From contig JBCCHT010000003.1 of NCBI GenBank assembly GCA_039028615.1, forward strand, positions 160,001-224,000: a stretch of 64,000 nucleotides of DNA, written 5' to 3'. The notes under the pieces were generated by a model. That model made no database searches. It saw only the letters and a program-made list of their open reading frames with translations, and had not been told where the DNA came from. This document shows, piece by piece, positions 36,111 through 46,007 of this stretch (its first letter is position 1; each line of letters opens with the position of its first letter). Source of the DNA: Myxococcota bacterium (GTDB taxonomy: Bacteria > Myxococcota_A > Polyangia > Nannocystales > Nannocystaceae). Made by a program: the position numbers and the translations under genes.

Positions 36111-37165
36111 GCACGGTACACAACGGCAATCGCGTGGTGTCCCTCGTCGTGGCCGCGGCCATGACCACGGCGCCCACGCTGGCGATGGCGCAGCCCGCCG
36201 ACGGGTCCGCGGAGGAGCCGGCCGAGTCCGCGCCCGCCGAAGAGTCCGCCGAGCCCGGCACCGAAGCGCCCGCCGAAGGGTCGACCGAAGGCTCGGGTGA
36301 AGACGGCGAGCCCGAGGTCGTCGACGACGGCAGCGAAGGGGCCACCACCGAGGGCTTGGTTCTCGATCAAGCGGCCGCCGATCGGGAGAACGCCAAGCAG
36401 GCGTACCTCGAGGGCAGCGACTACTACGAGACCGGGCAGTACGCCAAAGCGGTCGAGCAGTTCACGCGCGCCTGGGAGCTCAGCAAAAAAGAGCTGCTGC
36501 TCTACAACATCGGCCAGGCGTACTGGAAGTGGTACGACATCGATCCGAACATCGACCACCTGCGACAGGCGGCGCTGTTCTTCCGCAACTTCCAAAAGCG
36601 GATGCGCCTGACCGAGGACTACGACCCCACCGAGGTCGACAACATCCTCAAGGCCATCGAGGCGCAGATCCAGGTCCACGAGCAAAAGGAGACCGAGGCC
36701 AATCGCCCGGTCATCGTGCAGCCCGGCGGGCCCACCGAAGAAGAGCTCGCGTGGGAGCAGCGGCAGCGCACCACCAAGGGGCTGGTGATCTCGGGGACCA
36801 CCATCTCCGTGCTCGGCGGTCTGACCTTGGCGGCAGGCGTGGCCGCGGTGCTGTCGCGCACCACCTTCAAGGTCCTGCTCGACAACTCCACCAGCAGCGA
36901 TGGCGGCATCAACCTCGCCACGGCCGAAGAAGACGCGCGTCGTCGCAACGGCTACTCGGTCAGCGGTGAAGTGGCATTCGGGGCCCTCATCGCTGCGGCG
37001 GCGGTGCTGCCCATCGGCATCGGCCTGCGCGTGGCCGGGGCCATACGCGAGAAGAAAGACCGCACCAAGGCCCGCGAGCGCGACGAGATTCGCGAGCGGA
37101 ACGAAGCCAAGGCCAAGAAGGTCGCCATCCAGCCCACGCTGGGCGGCCTGCAGATCCGCTTCTAG
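36107..37165 (+). CDS. Secreted TPR protein
   Basis: Signal AMA, acidic linker, TPR (AVEQFTRAWELS...LLYNIGQAY), hydrophobic hairpin, terminal Phe. Confidence 0.8.
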   Translation: MSTVHNGNRVVSLVVAAAMTTAPTLAMAQPADGSAEEPAESAPAEESAEPGTEAPAEGSTEGSGEDGEPEVVDDGSEGATTEGLVLDQAAADRENAKQAYLEGSDYYETGQYAKAVEQFTRAWELSKKELLLYNIGQAYWKWYDIDPNIDHLRQAALFFRNFQKRMRLTEDYDPTEVDNILKAIEAQIQVHEQKETEANRPVIVQPGGPTEEELAWEQRQRTTKGLVISGTTISVLGGLTLAAGVAAVLSRTTFKVLLDNSTSSDGGINLATAEEDARRRNGYSVSGEVAFGALIAAAAVLPIGIGLRVAGAIREKKDRTKARERDEIRERNEAKAKKVAIQPTLGGLQIRF

Positions 37166-37217
37166 CCCGCGCGGGAGAAACGAGCGGCTCGCCGCTCCAC
37201 GGTGCGACGACGCCTGC

Positions 37218-37880
37218 CTACCACGGCAGGCGTTCGCCGTTGGCGTGCCAGAAGCCGCCCGTGGTCTCCATGCTCAGCTCGTCGATCCGCGCGAGCAGGC
37301 CGGCCGCGGCTTCGGCCGGGTCGGCGTTCCCCGTGCCCTGCGTCATGCCGGTTCGAATCCAGCCGGGATGCAGCAAGCCCACCGCGATCTCTCGCGACGC
37401 GAGGTCGTGGGCGAGCGAGGCACCCGCGATGTTCACCGCGGCCTTCGACATTCGATAGCCGTAGTGCGAGCCCGAGCTGTTGTCGGTGACCGAGCCCATG
37501 CGGCTGGTGACGATCGCGACCTTCGAGCCCGCGTGCAGGTTGCCGAGCAGGGCCTGGGTGACGCGCAGCGGGCCGAGCGAGTTGACCTCGAACTGACGCC
37601 GCATGCTGTCCCAGTCGAGGCTATCGAGCGACGTGCGACCGAGGATGCCCGCGTTGTTGATCAGCGTGTCGATGGAGAGATCACCGAGCCGACTCTGCAG
37701 CAGCGGGATCACGTCGTCGTCGCCGACGTCGATGCCTTGCTCGACTCGGACTTCCAGCGCCTCGAGCTCCAGCGTGACCGAGCGGCACAACGCGATCACG
37801 TCGTCGCCGCGGCGGCGCGCCTGTCGACACAGCTCGAGCCCGATTCCGCGGTTGGCTCCCGTGACGACCGTCGTGCTCAT
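37218..37880 (-). CDS. Short-chain dehydrogenase/reductase (C-factor/CsgA-like subfamily)
   Basis: TGANRGIG, NNAG, SRMGS, YRMSK, HPGWIRTGM. Confidence 0.9.
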   Translation of the reverse strand: MSTTVVTGANRGIGLELCRQARRRGDDVIALCRSVTLELEALEVRVEQGIDVGDDDVIPLLQSRLGDLSIDTLINNAGILGRTSLDSLDWDSMRRQFEVNSLGPLRVTQALLGNLHAGSKVAIVTSRMGSVTDNSSGSHYGYRMSKAAVNIAGASLAHDLASREIAVGLLHPGWIRTGMTQGTGNADPAEAAAGLLARIDELSMETTGGFWHANGERLPW

Positions 37881-37921
37881 CGAGCGGAGAATCGCATGCC
37901 CGTTTGGCGTGAACCTGTGTG

Positions 37922-38042
37922 GAAAATCAAGCTGCCCGCCGCACCCGGGGTTGCGGAGTGGGTGGAGGGGGTGGATGCGGCGGGCAGCCGGAAGGAAACA
38001 GGAACTACATGCGCCGGGAACGGACAGGCCGACGCATCGTGC
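37922..38042 (-). ncRNA. Putative ~120-nt sRNA or structured 5' leader with C-rich loop
   Basis: 16-bp stem (37931-37946 with 37973-37988; one G.U pair valid only on the minus strand), C-rich loop, UUGAUUUU tail, sigma54-like promoter upstream. Confidence 0.45.
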
Positions 38043-38052
38043 TCACTAGTTC

Positions 38053-38069
38053 TTCAAGGGCCGTGCCAA
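38053..38069 (-). promoter_or_regulatory. Sigma54-like promoter
   Basis: TTGGCACGGCCCTTGAA: consensus -24 box, -12 box TTGA instead of TTGC, correct spacing. Confidence 0.55.
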
Positions 38070-38292
38070 CCTGCAATGGCTCGAAATCGACGATTGGAGG
38101 GGGGCGGTCGTTGCGGCGATGGCTACTGTCGTTGCCGATCGCAGGCGGAGGTAGCCAGATCGCGTAGGTGAGTGTGCGGGATGCCACCACCAGCAAGACT
38201 CTCGGTGCAAAGACCGCGAAGCCACGGGACAGGGGTGTCGAATCGGGTACATTCCGCCGGACGTGCTCCTACCTGCTGGTCAACGAAAAACC

Positions 38293-39387
38293 ATGGTGAA
38301 TCCGATCAGCTACGAACAGTTCAACGCGAGCTTGCTCGACAGCGCGGGGCGCAAGCGAGTTCTTCGGGTCGATGGCCGCCCCTTCTACGTCTTGCTGAGC
38401 CAGCAGTTTGGCCGGCCGGACATCGAGTCGCTCTGCGATACCGCGACCGCGATTCGCCGGCTCGACCGTCACCGCGACGGGCGGGCGTTCCTGCGCAGCG
38501 TGCTGGCGGGCTATCGCATCATGCACCTGTTCGCGCAGCCGAGCACCCGGACCGCGCAGTCCTTCTTGGCCGCGGCCGACAAGCTCGGCGCCACCAGCCG
38601 GACGGTGACCAACCTCAGCACCTCGTCCTTCGCCAAGGGCGAGTCGATCGAGGACTCGGTGCGCACGCTGTCGAGCTTCTTCGACGCCATCGTCACTCGG
38701 CATCACCAGGACGACTTCGCCACTCGAGCCGCCTGGGCGCTGTCGCGGAGCGACCGGCCGATCCCGGTCATCTCGGCCGGCAGCGGTCGGAGCCAGCACG
38801 TCACCCAGTCGCTGCTCGACGTCTACACGCTGCGCTACTCCTTCGCCGAGCGCGGGGGCATCGACGGCAAGACGGTCGTCATCATCGGCGACATCGCCCG
38901 TAACCGAGCGGCGCGCTCGCTGGCCTACTTGATGACCAAGTTCGACCAGCCGCGGGTGCACTTCGTGTCTCCCCAAGAGCACTCGCCCGACGACGAGCTG
39001 CTCGACTACCTGGGCAAGCACGGCATCGAGGTCCGGGTGCACGAGCGGCTCGACACCACCCTGCGCGAGCACGGGCGCCAGATCGACGCCATCTACGTGA
39101 CGCGGCTCCAGCAAGAGTGGGACGAAGGCGGGCCCCCGAAGGAGCTGGGCAGCAGCGATCCCTACGTGCTCAAGCCCGAGTACCGCGAGCTGATCCGGCC
39201 CGACTGCGTGCTCATGCACCCGCTGCCGCGCGTCAACGAGCTGCCCGAGGACTGGGAGGACCACCCCGGCTTCGTCGTGTGGCGACAGGTTCGCAACGGC
39301 ATGTGGATCCGCGCCGCGGTCTTTGCCGCGGTGCACGGGGCCGACGACGAGATCCGAGCTCGCGCCAAGCGGCTCGGCCTGCTCTAG
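38293..39387 (+). CDS. pyrB: Aspartate carbamoyltransferase-like protein (divergent)
   Basis: PSTRT, SSFAKGES, RH, HVTQSLLD, YVTRLQ, MHPLPR, QVRNG. Confidence 0.75.
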   Translation: MVNPISYEQFNASLLDSAGRKRVLRVDGRPFYVLLSQQFGRPDIESLCDTATAIRRLDRHRDGRAFLRSVLAGYRIMHLFAQPSTRTAQSFLAAADKLGATSRTVTNLSTSSFAKGESIEDSVRTLSSFFDAIVTRHHQDDFATRAAWALSRSDRPIPVISAGSGRSQHVTQSLLDVYTLRYSFAERGGIDGKTVVIIGDIARNRAARSLAYLMTKFDQPRVHFVSPQEHSPDDELLDYLGKHGIEVRVHERLDTTLREHGRQIDAIYVTRLQQEWDEGGPPKELGSSDPYVLKPEYRELIRPDCVLMHPLPRVNELPEDWEDHPGFVVWRQVRNGMWIRAAVFAAVHGADDEIRARAKRLGLL

Positions 39388-39398
39388 AGCCCCGTGGC

Positions 39399-42398
39399 CT
39401 ACTGCCCCTTGCCGCCCAGCCAGTCGCGGACTTCGGCGCGGTAGGGGCTGTCTTCGCTGAGCCCGGCGAGCGCATCGCGGGCGAGGCGGAGGGCTCGGTT
39501 GCGGGTGTCTCCGTCGGGCTTGGTGCTGAGCAGGGCGCGGGCCAGCGCAAAGCGAGCGCGGGCGAGGGGCTCGCTCAGCGTGGGTTGCTGGGTGAGCAGC
39601 GGGATCGCTTCTTCGAGCGACGCCCGGGCATCAGCGGCCTGCCCCAAGTCGAGCAGCGTGATCCCGAGGTCGAGCAGGGTCTCACCGCGCCGTGGATTGA
39701 GCGGCTCGCCCAGGCCCCGGTACACCGCGATGGCCTCGCGCAGCAAGGGGAGAGCGCGATCGTTGCGACCCTGCTGGTTGAGCAAGCGGCCGAGCGCGCG
39801 CGCGGTGTCGGCCGAGACCAGGGCCGCCTCGGGGGGCAGGTGGCCGCGGAGGCCTTCGGCGCGCTCGAGCGTCTCGCGGGCTTCGTCGACGTGACCGGCC
39901 TCGACCAGGGTGGTGCCCAGCCGGGTGAGCAGGTCGACGTGGTCGGGGTGGGTAGGCCCGTGGGCATCCTTGATGAGGGTGACCGCCTTGCGCAGGTGCT
40001 CGACCGCCGCGTCGTACTCGCCCGCGTGGCGTAGGGCCTCGGCCAGGTTGCCGCGCAGGCCCACGCGCTCGGTCGAGCCCGTGCCCTCGTTGCTCTCCAT
40101 GATCTCGAGCGCGCGTTCGAAGAGCTCGCGGGCTTCGTCGTGCCAGCCCAGGTCGTCCCGAAGCGCCCCCAGGTTGCCCAGCATGGCTGCGACGCGCGGG
40201 TGCTTGCTGCCGTGGACCTGCTCGAAGATCGACAACGCGCGCTCGAGGTGGGGCAGGGCCTTGGAGAGCTTGCCGCCCGCGTAGAGGGTGGCGCCGAGGT
40301 TCTGGTTCGCGCGCCCGACATCGGGGTGGTTCTCGCCGAGCAGCTTGCGGCTGAGCTCCAGGACCGCGGTGAACTCGCGCTGCGCTTCGTCCACCTCGCC
40401 CAAGGCCATGAGCGCCAAGCCCAAGATGCGATGCGCCTCCAGCAGCGCGGTCTCGTCGTGCTCGTGGTCGTCGAGGGCATCGACCGCTCGCTCGAAGGCG
40501 ACCCGGGCCTCGTCGAGGCGACCCGCGACCCGATACAGCTCGCCTTCGGCGACCAGCAGCTTGGTGCGCAGCGGGTCGTCGTCCTCGCGCCCGCGCAGCC
40601 ACGCCTTGGCCTGCACGACCCACTGCTCGGCCTCGGCCGTGCGCGCGTGCTGGACCCCCAGCCAATGCACCAGTCGCGTGCTGGCGGTGACCGCCAGCGG
40701 GGCGTGCCGGGCCTGCACCGCGTCGGAGTAGGCCCGCTGGTACCACCGGGCGGCATCGGCCGCGTCGCGGGCCTTCTCGGTGAGGTCCCCCTGCAGCAGC
40801 ATGACTTCGCCGTGCAGCAGCGGGGCCTCGAGCAGCCTCGCCTGGTCTTCGATCTGGTCGGCGAGCAGGCTGGCCTCCGCCGTTCGACCGGCGCGACGCA
40901 GGGCCCGGGCCCGGGCCAGGCGCTGGTCTTCGGCCTCGACCTTGCCCGCGACCTCGGGGGCGGTGGAGCGCCCGCGGTCACGCAGGGCCTCGAGGTCGGC
41001 GCAGCGCTCGGTGGGCGGCAGGGCGGTCACCATCCCCGCCGCGCGCTGGAGCGTGCTGACGCTGACGTCGCCCGAGAGCGTCTCGACGGTGGCGTCGAAC
41101 TCGGCCTGGTGGCGGCGCAGGCAGGCCATGCGCAGGTCGAAGGCCTCGGCCGATTGCTCTCCGCGTACCCGAGTGGCCTCGCAGCTGTTGACGTAGCCGT
41201 CGGCCCACGTGTTGGCGTAGGTCTCGAGCTGGGCCGAGATCCGCTGCGAAGTATCGGCGGCGTAGCCGAGGTTGGTCGCCATCAACGACTCGTGCACCGT
41301 CTGCTGACGGGTGGTGCCCCACAGCTGGGCGCTGAGGGCCTCGACCTCGGGGCAGGGAGGCTCTTGCGAGTTGCTGGCCACCTGCACCACCACGACGGTG
41401 CCGGCCAGCACCGCACCCACGCCGAGCCAGGCCCAGCGCATCCGGGCCTGCCACGGGTCGTAGCCGAGCGCATGCAGCAGCTCTTCCATCGAGGCGTAGC
41501 GGTCGTCGGCACGCGGGCAGAGCCCGCGCTGCACGATGCGGTAGAGCCAGCTGGGGACCTGGGCCGCGGCCTCGGGCTCGAAGGCGGCTTCTTCCTTGGC
41601 ATCGAGCAGCAGGCGCGGATCCTTGTGTGCGAAGGGGCGCCGCCCGAACAGGCCCTCGAAGAGCGCCACGCAGTAGGCGTATTGATCGGAGCGAGCGTCG
41701 ACGGGGTCGCCCCGCAGCTGCTCGGGGGACATGTACGCGGGCGTGCCGACGACCTCGCCCGACTCGGTGACCGTCTCGCCTCCGACCTCACCGGGCTCGC
41801 CCGAGCTCCAGTGATCCATGATCTCCTCTTCGCCGCGGGCACGGGCGAGCCCGAAGTCGGTCACCATCACTCGCCCCTTGTTGCCCATGAGGACATTGGA
41901 GGGCTTGAAGTCGCGGTGGATGATCCCTGTCTGGTGGGCGGCGAGCAGGCCCCGGCCCGCCTGGATGAACACGTCCACCACCTCGCGCCAGGGGCGACTC
42001 TTCTTGCGCAGCCACTTGCTCAGCGTGGTGCCGTCCACGTACTCCATCGCGATGTAGACCAGGCTGCCCACCGGCTCCACGTCGTACACGGGCACGATGT
42101 TGGCGTGGCTGAGCTGGGCCATCGCGCGAGCCTCTCGCAGGATGCGAGTCTCGGCTCGGGGTCCACTGGAGCCTCCGCGTCGATCGAAGCGGAGCATCTT
42201 GAGGGCGACCTCGCGGCGAAGCTTGGGGTCGTAGGCGCGGTGCACCACGCCCATGCCTCCTGCGCCGATCTGCTCGAGAACCACGTAGCGATCGAGACTG
42301 CCGCTGGCTTCTTCTGCCGGACCGGTCGTCTCTCGCTCTCGGGGCACGACGGCGAGGCCCTGGGTGACCTCGTCGTCGACATCGATGCTCGTCGACAC
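39399..42398 (-). CDS. Membrane Ser/Thr protein kinase with TPRs
   Basis: GAGGMG, HRDFKPSN, DFG, GTPAYMSPE, TM segment, HP-type TPRs; paralog of 10124..13183. Confidence 0.93.
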   Translation of the reverse strand: MSTSIDVDDEVTQGLAVVPRERETTGPAEEASGSLDRYVVLEQIGAGGMGVVHRAYDPKLRREVALKMLRFDRRGGSSGPRAETRILREARAMAQLSHANIVPVYDVEPVGSLVYIAMEYVDGTTLSKWLRKKSRPWREVVDVFIQAGRGLLAAHQTGIIHRDFKPSNVLMGNKGRVMVTDFGLARARGEEEIMDHWSSGEPGEVGGETVTESGEVVGTPAYMSPEQLRGDPVDARSDQYAYCVALFEGLFGRRPFAHKDPRLLLDAKEEAAFEPEAAAQVPSWLYRIVQRGLCPRADDRYASMEELLHALGYDPWQARMRWAWLGVGAVLAGTVVVVQVASNSQEPPCPEVEALSAQLWGTTRQQTVHESLMATNLGYAADTSQRISAQLETYANTWADGYVNSCEATRVRGEQSAEAFDLRMACLRRHQAEFDATVETLSGDVSVSTLQRAAGMVTALPPTERCADLEALRDRGRSTAPEVAGKVEAEDQRLARARALRRAGRTAEASLLADQIEDQARLLEAPLLHGEVMLLQGDLTEKARDAADAARWYQRAYSDAVQARHAPLAVTASTRLVHWLGVQHARTAEAEQWVVQAKAWLRGREDDDPLRTKLLVAEGELYRVAGRLDEARVAFERAVDALDDHEHDETALLEAHRILGLALMALGEVDEAQREFTAVLELSRKLLGENHPDVGRANQNLGATLYAGGKLSKALPHLERALSIFEQVHGSKHPRVAAMLGNLGALRDDLGWHDEARELFERALEIMESNEGTGSTERVGLRGNLAEALRHAGEYDAAVEHLRKAVTLIKDAHGPTHPDHVDLLTRLGTTLVEAGHVDEARETLERAEGLRGHLPPEAALVSADTARALGRLLNQQGRNDRALPLLREAIAVYRGLGEPLNPRRGETLLDLGITLLDLGQAADARASLEEAIPLLTQQPTLSEPLARARFALARALLSTKPDGDTRNRALRLARDALAGLSEDSPYRAEVRDWLGGKGQ

Positions 42399-42510
42399 CA
42401 GCCACGATTGTACGCCCGGTGATGCAGTGCGTGCGCTCGGCCGCGGACCAAAGGGTCAGACCAGCGTTTTGCCGGATGGCTCGTGGCCGAGACCACGACG
42501 GATCGTCGAT

Positions 42511-43365
42511 CTACGCCGTGCGGTTCGTGTTTCGCCCGCGAAGGTTCCAGGGCCGGGTGAGGGTGGCCCCGATGCATGCGGACCAACCAACGGCCCAGGA
42601 TTGGACACTTGTCTCTCCGCCGAGCGATGCGGCCGAGATCGCGACCAGGGTGATGACCATGGCTCCCTGCACACGATCTCGGCGAAGCAGGGCATGAGGG
42701 CTGGTATCGCACTCGGAGGACGGGGCAGGTTGGGTCGCGATCACGACCGCGAAGAGCACCGCGACGACCCACGCTCCCATCGTCCAGGTGCCGAGTTCGC
42801 CCACCGTAATCTCTGGATGCCCGGTGGCCATGGCGACGGCCGCCACGACGGCGGCGAGGCCTGCCCACAACCAACCGCGCGCGGCCGCGGTCGGAAGCAG
42901 GGCGTCGAGTCCAAACGCAGCCACGGCCGCGAGTCCTAGCGCAAGGCTGTGCGGGCCGCGGCCCACGGCGAGCAAGAACACCAAGATCGCGATGCGGTCG
43001 CCGGTCTTGGCGGGGGGACCCACCGTGCGGTTGACCAGTCGGGCCAGCACCAGCACGAGCATCGGCTCGAAGAACAGCGGGTACACGCCGACCACGATCG
43101 CGGCCGTGACCGGGGCCAGGGCCACGAACGCGGCGACGTTGTCGTCGGGGGCGATTTCTCGCGTCAGCGCCCAGGTGGTGAACAAGATCAGCGAGCCCAG
43201 CAAGCCGCCCAGCAGTGCGTCGGCCGGGCCCGCGCCGCGGATCAACGAGGTGACGCTCAAGGCGACCACGGTGACGCCCATGACGAGCAGGATCGCCAGG
43301 TTGGTGGGATAGCGGGGCTCCACCGGGCGCGCGACGGCGGAGTAACGATGAATCGGATGGCCCAC
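42511..43365 (-). CDS. Hypothetical multi-pass membrane protein
   Basis: Multiple hydrophobic helices; WALTREIAPD motif. Confidence 0.75.
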   Translation of the reverse strand: MGHPIHRYSAVARPVEPRYPTNLAILLVMGVTVVALSVTSLIRGAGPADALLGGLLGSLILFTTWALTREIAPDDNVAAFVALAPVTAAIVVGVYPLFFEPMLVLVLARLVNRTVGPPAKTGDRIAILVFLLAVGRGPHSLALGLAAVAAFGLDALLPTAAARGWLWAGLAAVVAAVAMATGHPEITVGELGTWTMGAWVVAVLFAVVIATQPAPSSECDTSPHALLRRDRVQGAMVITLVAISAASLGGETSVQSWAVGWSACIGATLTRPWNLRGRNTNRTA

Positions 43366-43425
43366 GATGCAGCCTGGATCGTGGACGCGTGTTCGGGCGC
43401 GGTCAACCGGGGGCGGGCGACCGCG

Positions 43426-44721
43426 TCAGGGCAGCACGCGCCCCATCCACGACTCGAGCACGGGGACGGGCTCCTCGTCGATGATCTGCTCGGCGATGAC
43501 GCGGGTGCCCGTGGCCAGCACGCCGCCGTCGGGCTCCACGCGAACGCCCTGGATCTGGGCGAACTGGGAGACCAGCGGCACCGCGACGTAGTGGCCCCAG
43601 CGCAGCTCGGCCTGCCGGTCGACCTTGGCGATCCACGGCTGTCCCCAGTTGCGCGGGCCCAGGTCACCGCCTCCGCCGAACACGATGCTTCCGCAGGGAT
43701 CGAAGGCCACGGTGGCGATCGTCTCGAGCCAGCCGATGTCGATGCTGCTGCGGCTCCACCGGACGTTGCCGCCGCGGCCGAGTAACACGATGAGGTCGGG
43801 CTGATGGGGCGGGGTGGGATCGCGACCCGCCAGCACGACTTCGCCCTGCGGGTCGGCATCCATCGCGAGCAGCCGCAGCGGCGAGCCGAGGTCGACGAGG
43901 CTGTCCCACGACCAGACCTCCTTGCCCTGCGCGTCGAGGCCGAGCAGGACGACGTACTCGATGCCGTTGTCGGTGCGGCGCTGCTCGGCGTGCACGATGC
44001 CGCCGTCGCCATCGACCGCCACCTTCGGAGGCGCGCTGACCCCTTCGTCGAAGCTCAGGCTCCACAGCGCCTGGCCGTTTTCGTCGAACTTGGTGACCCA
44101 CGATTGATCGGGGGCTTCGCCGGGCTCGTCGGTGGAGCGTCGTCCCACCAGCACCAGCTCGCCCCAGCGGTCGATCGCCAGATCGGTCGCGACGTCGTCG
44201 GTGAGCGGCGAGTCCTCGAAGGTCGCCTTCCACTTCAGCTCTCGCTCGGCATCGTAGCTGTGGAGCAAGGGGACCCGCCCGTAGGCGGCGAGCGAGTGGC
44301 CGGCGACGATGGGGTGCCCCTGCGCGTCGAGGACCATCGAGTTGCAGGTCCAGCTGGGATCGGAGACGAGCCACTGTCGCAGGCCGTCCTCTTCCCAGCG
44401 GCTGAGGCAGCCGTCGACCACGAACAGGTCGCCGTCGACCCCGCGCGCGATGGCCTGGCCACCCCCCACCGCGACCGTGGTGACCACGGTGGACGACCAG
44501 TCGGGTTGCCCGGTGATCACCTCGGAGCACTGCGACTGGTCCCAGGTGTCGGCGGTATCCACCGCCGTGGTGCTCTCGTCGGCGCCGTCGCTGGAGCTGC
44601 TGGAATCGGTGCTCGGCAGGCCCGTGCTGCTCGATCCTGCCTCCGGGGCGCTGCCCGAGGACGACGACTGGCCGCACGCGATCAAACACGCGATCGCGGA
44701 CGCTGCGAGCCGACGGGGCAT
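43426..44721 (-). CDS. Beta-propeller lipoprotein
   Basis: LIAC lipobox, Ser/Thr linker, repeated DxxG...W blades. Confidence 0.78.
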   Translation of the reverse strand: MPRRLAASAIACLIACGQSSSSGSAPEAGSSSTGLPSTDSSSSSDGADESTTAVDTADTWDQSQCSEVITGQPDWSSTVVTTVAVGGGQAIARGVDGDLFVVDGCLSRWEEDGLRQWLVSDPSWTCNSMVLDAQGHPIVAGHSLAAYGRVPLLHSYDAERELKWKATFEDSPLTDDVATDLAIDRWGELVLVGRRSTDEPGEAPDQSWVTKFDENGQALWSLSFDEGVSAPPKVAVDGDGGIVHAEQRRTDNGIEYVVLLGLDAQGKEVWSWDSLVDLGSPLRLLAMDADPQGEVVLAGRDPTPPHQPDLIVLLGRGGNVRWSRSSIDIGWLETIATVAFDPCGSIVFGGGGDLGPRNWGQPWIAKVDRQAELRWGHYVAVPLVSQFAQIQGVRVEPDGGVLATGTRVIAEQIIDEEPVPVLESWMGRVLP

Positions 44722-44804
44722 GGATCATTGATAGCAGACTCGTCGGAGCGATGCCCGCGGACCGACGCTCGGGTCGAGCGGTTCGGGCGCGTCCGAGCAC
44801 GGGC

Positions 44805-46007
44805 TCAGGGGGTCTTCATCGTCACCACGACGCTCAGTCCGCCCAGGTCGCTGGTGGTGGCGACCACCGAGCCCTCGGCGGCGTCGACCATGCGCGACAC
44901 GATGCTGAGCCCGAGCCCGTGCCCGCCTTCGGCCCGCTGGCGGCTCTCGTCCAGGCGCACGAAGGGCTCGAAGATCCGCTCGCGATCGGCTTCGGGCACT
45001 CCAGGGCCGTCGTCGTCGACCCGCAGCTCGACTCCTTCGTCGTTCGCCTGAAGCTTTACGCGCACCGTCGAGCTCGCGTAGCGCAGCGCGTTGTCCACGA
45101 GGTTGTCGATCACCCGGGCGAGCAGCGGCAGGTCGCCCGCAAAGGGCAGCTGCTCGGGTGCCTCGATGCGAACCTCGGTTCCCGCCGGGGTCTCCAGTCG
45201 AGCCACTCGGCTCCGGACGAGCTCCGCCAGATCGATCGTCTCATGCTGCGGTGCTTCGCCGGCCCGAGCGTAGTAGCGAACCTCGTCGGCCAGCCGCTGC
45301 AAGTCGTCCAGCGCGTGCTCGAGCCGCTGGACCTGCAGCCGTCGGTCGTCCTCGTCGACCGCCTCCAGCACCAACGCCGACGCCACCCGGGCCGCGGCCA
45401 GCGGGGTCCGATACTCGTGGGCAATCGCCTGCACGAGCGCGCGCTGAGCCTCGAAGTTGGCCTGGACGCGATCGGCCATGCGGTTGAAGTGTCCCGCGAG
45501 CTCGGCGACTTCGTCGTGTCCCCCCAGCCGGGCCCGGGCGTCGTAGCGCCCCGCCGCAAACTCTCCCACGTGACCCGCCAGCTTCCGTACCCGTCGTACC
45601 AGCGGAAGCGTGAGCAACACGGCCGAGCCCAGCGCGATCGTCAGCGACAGGGCCAGGGTGATCTGCAAGGTCGAGCCGGGCGCCCAATCCCAAACGAAGC
45701 GGCCGGCCTCGATCTCCTGCCCCCGCCCCGCATCGATGGTGACCAAGTAGTAGTCCTCGACGGTGTGCACCCGGGTCCGTCCCACGCGGGCGACCTCTTC
45801 GTCGTCGTTGCGCGCGGGCAGCAGGTCTTCGGGCGCGGCCGAGTCCAGCAATCGCTCGGAGATCCCGTCGAAGGCCAGCGCCAGCTGGTGGGTCTCCTGG
45901 CTCGTCATGGCCTCGTCGGTGAACCAGACGACGAGCACGCTCGCGGCCAGCAGCGCAGCGAAGACGACGGTGGTGGTGAGTCCCAGTCGATACGTCGTGG
46001 GCTTCAT
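44805..46007 (-). CDS. HAMP-domain sensor histidine kinase
   Basis: Two TM helices, HAMP, AHEYRTPL, NLVDNALRY, DDGPG, GLGL; coupled to the response regulator. Confidence 0.92.
   Translation of the reverse strand: MKPTTYRLGLTTTVVFAALLAASVLVVWFTDEAMTSQETHQLALAFDGISERLLDSAAPEDLLPARNDDEEVARVGRTRVHTVEDYYLVTIDAGRGQEIEAGRFVWDWAPGSTLQITLALSLTIALGSAVLLTLPLVRRVRKLAGHVGEFAAGRYDARARLGGHDEVAELAGHFNRMADRVQANFEAQRALVQAIAHEYRTPLAAARVASALVLEAVDEDDRRLQVQRLEHALDDLQRLADEVRYYARAGEAPQHETIDLAELVRSRVARLETPAGTEVRIEAPEQLPFAGDLPLLARVIDNLVDNALRYASSTVRVKLQANDEGVELRVDDDGPGVPEADRERIFEPFVRLDESRQRAEGGHGLGLSIVSRMVDAAEGSVVATTSDLGGLSVVVTMKTP

Noticed and set aside
37218..37880. True csgA ortholog
   Set aside because: This SDR subfamily is widespread with many paralogs; orthology cannot be judged by eye
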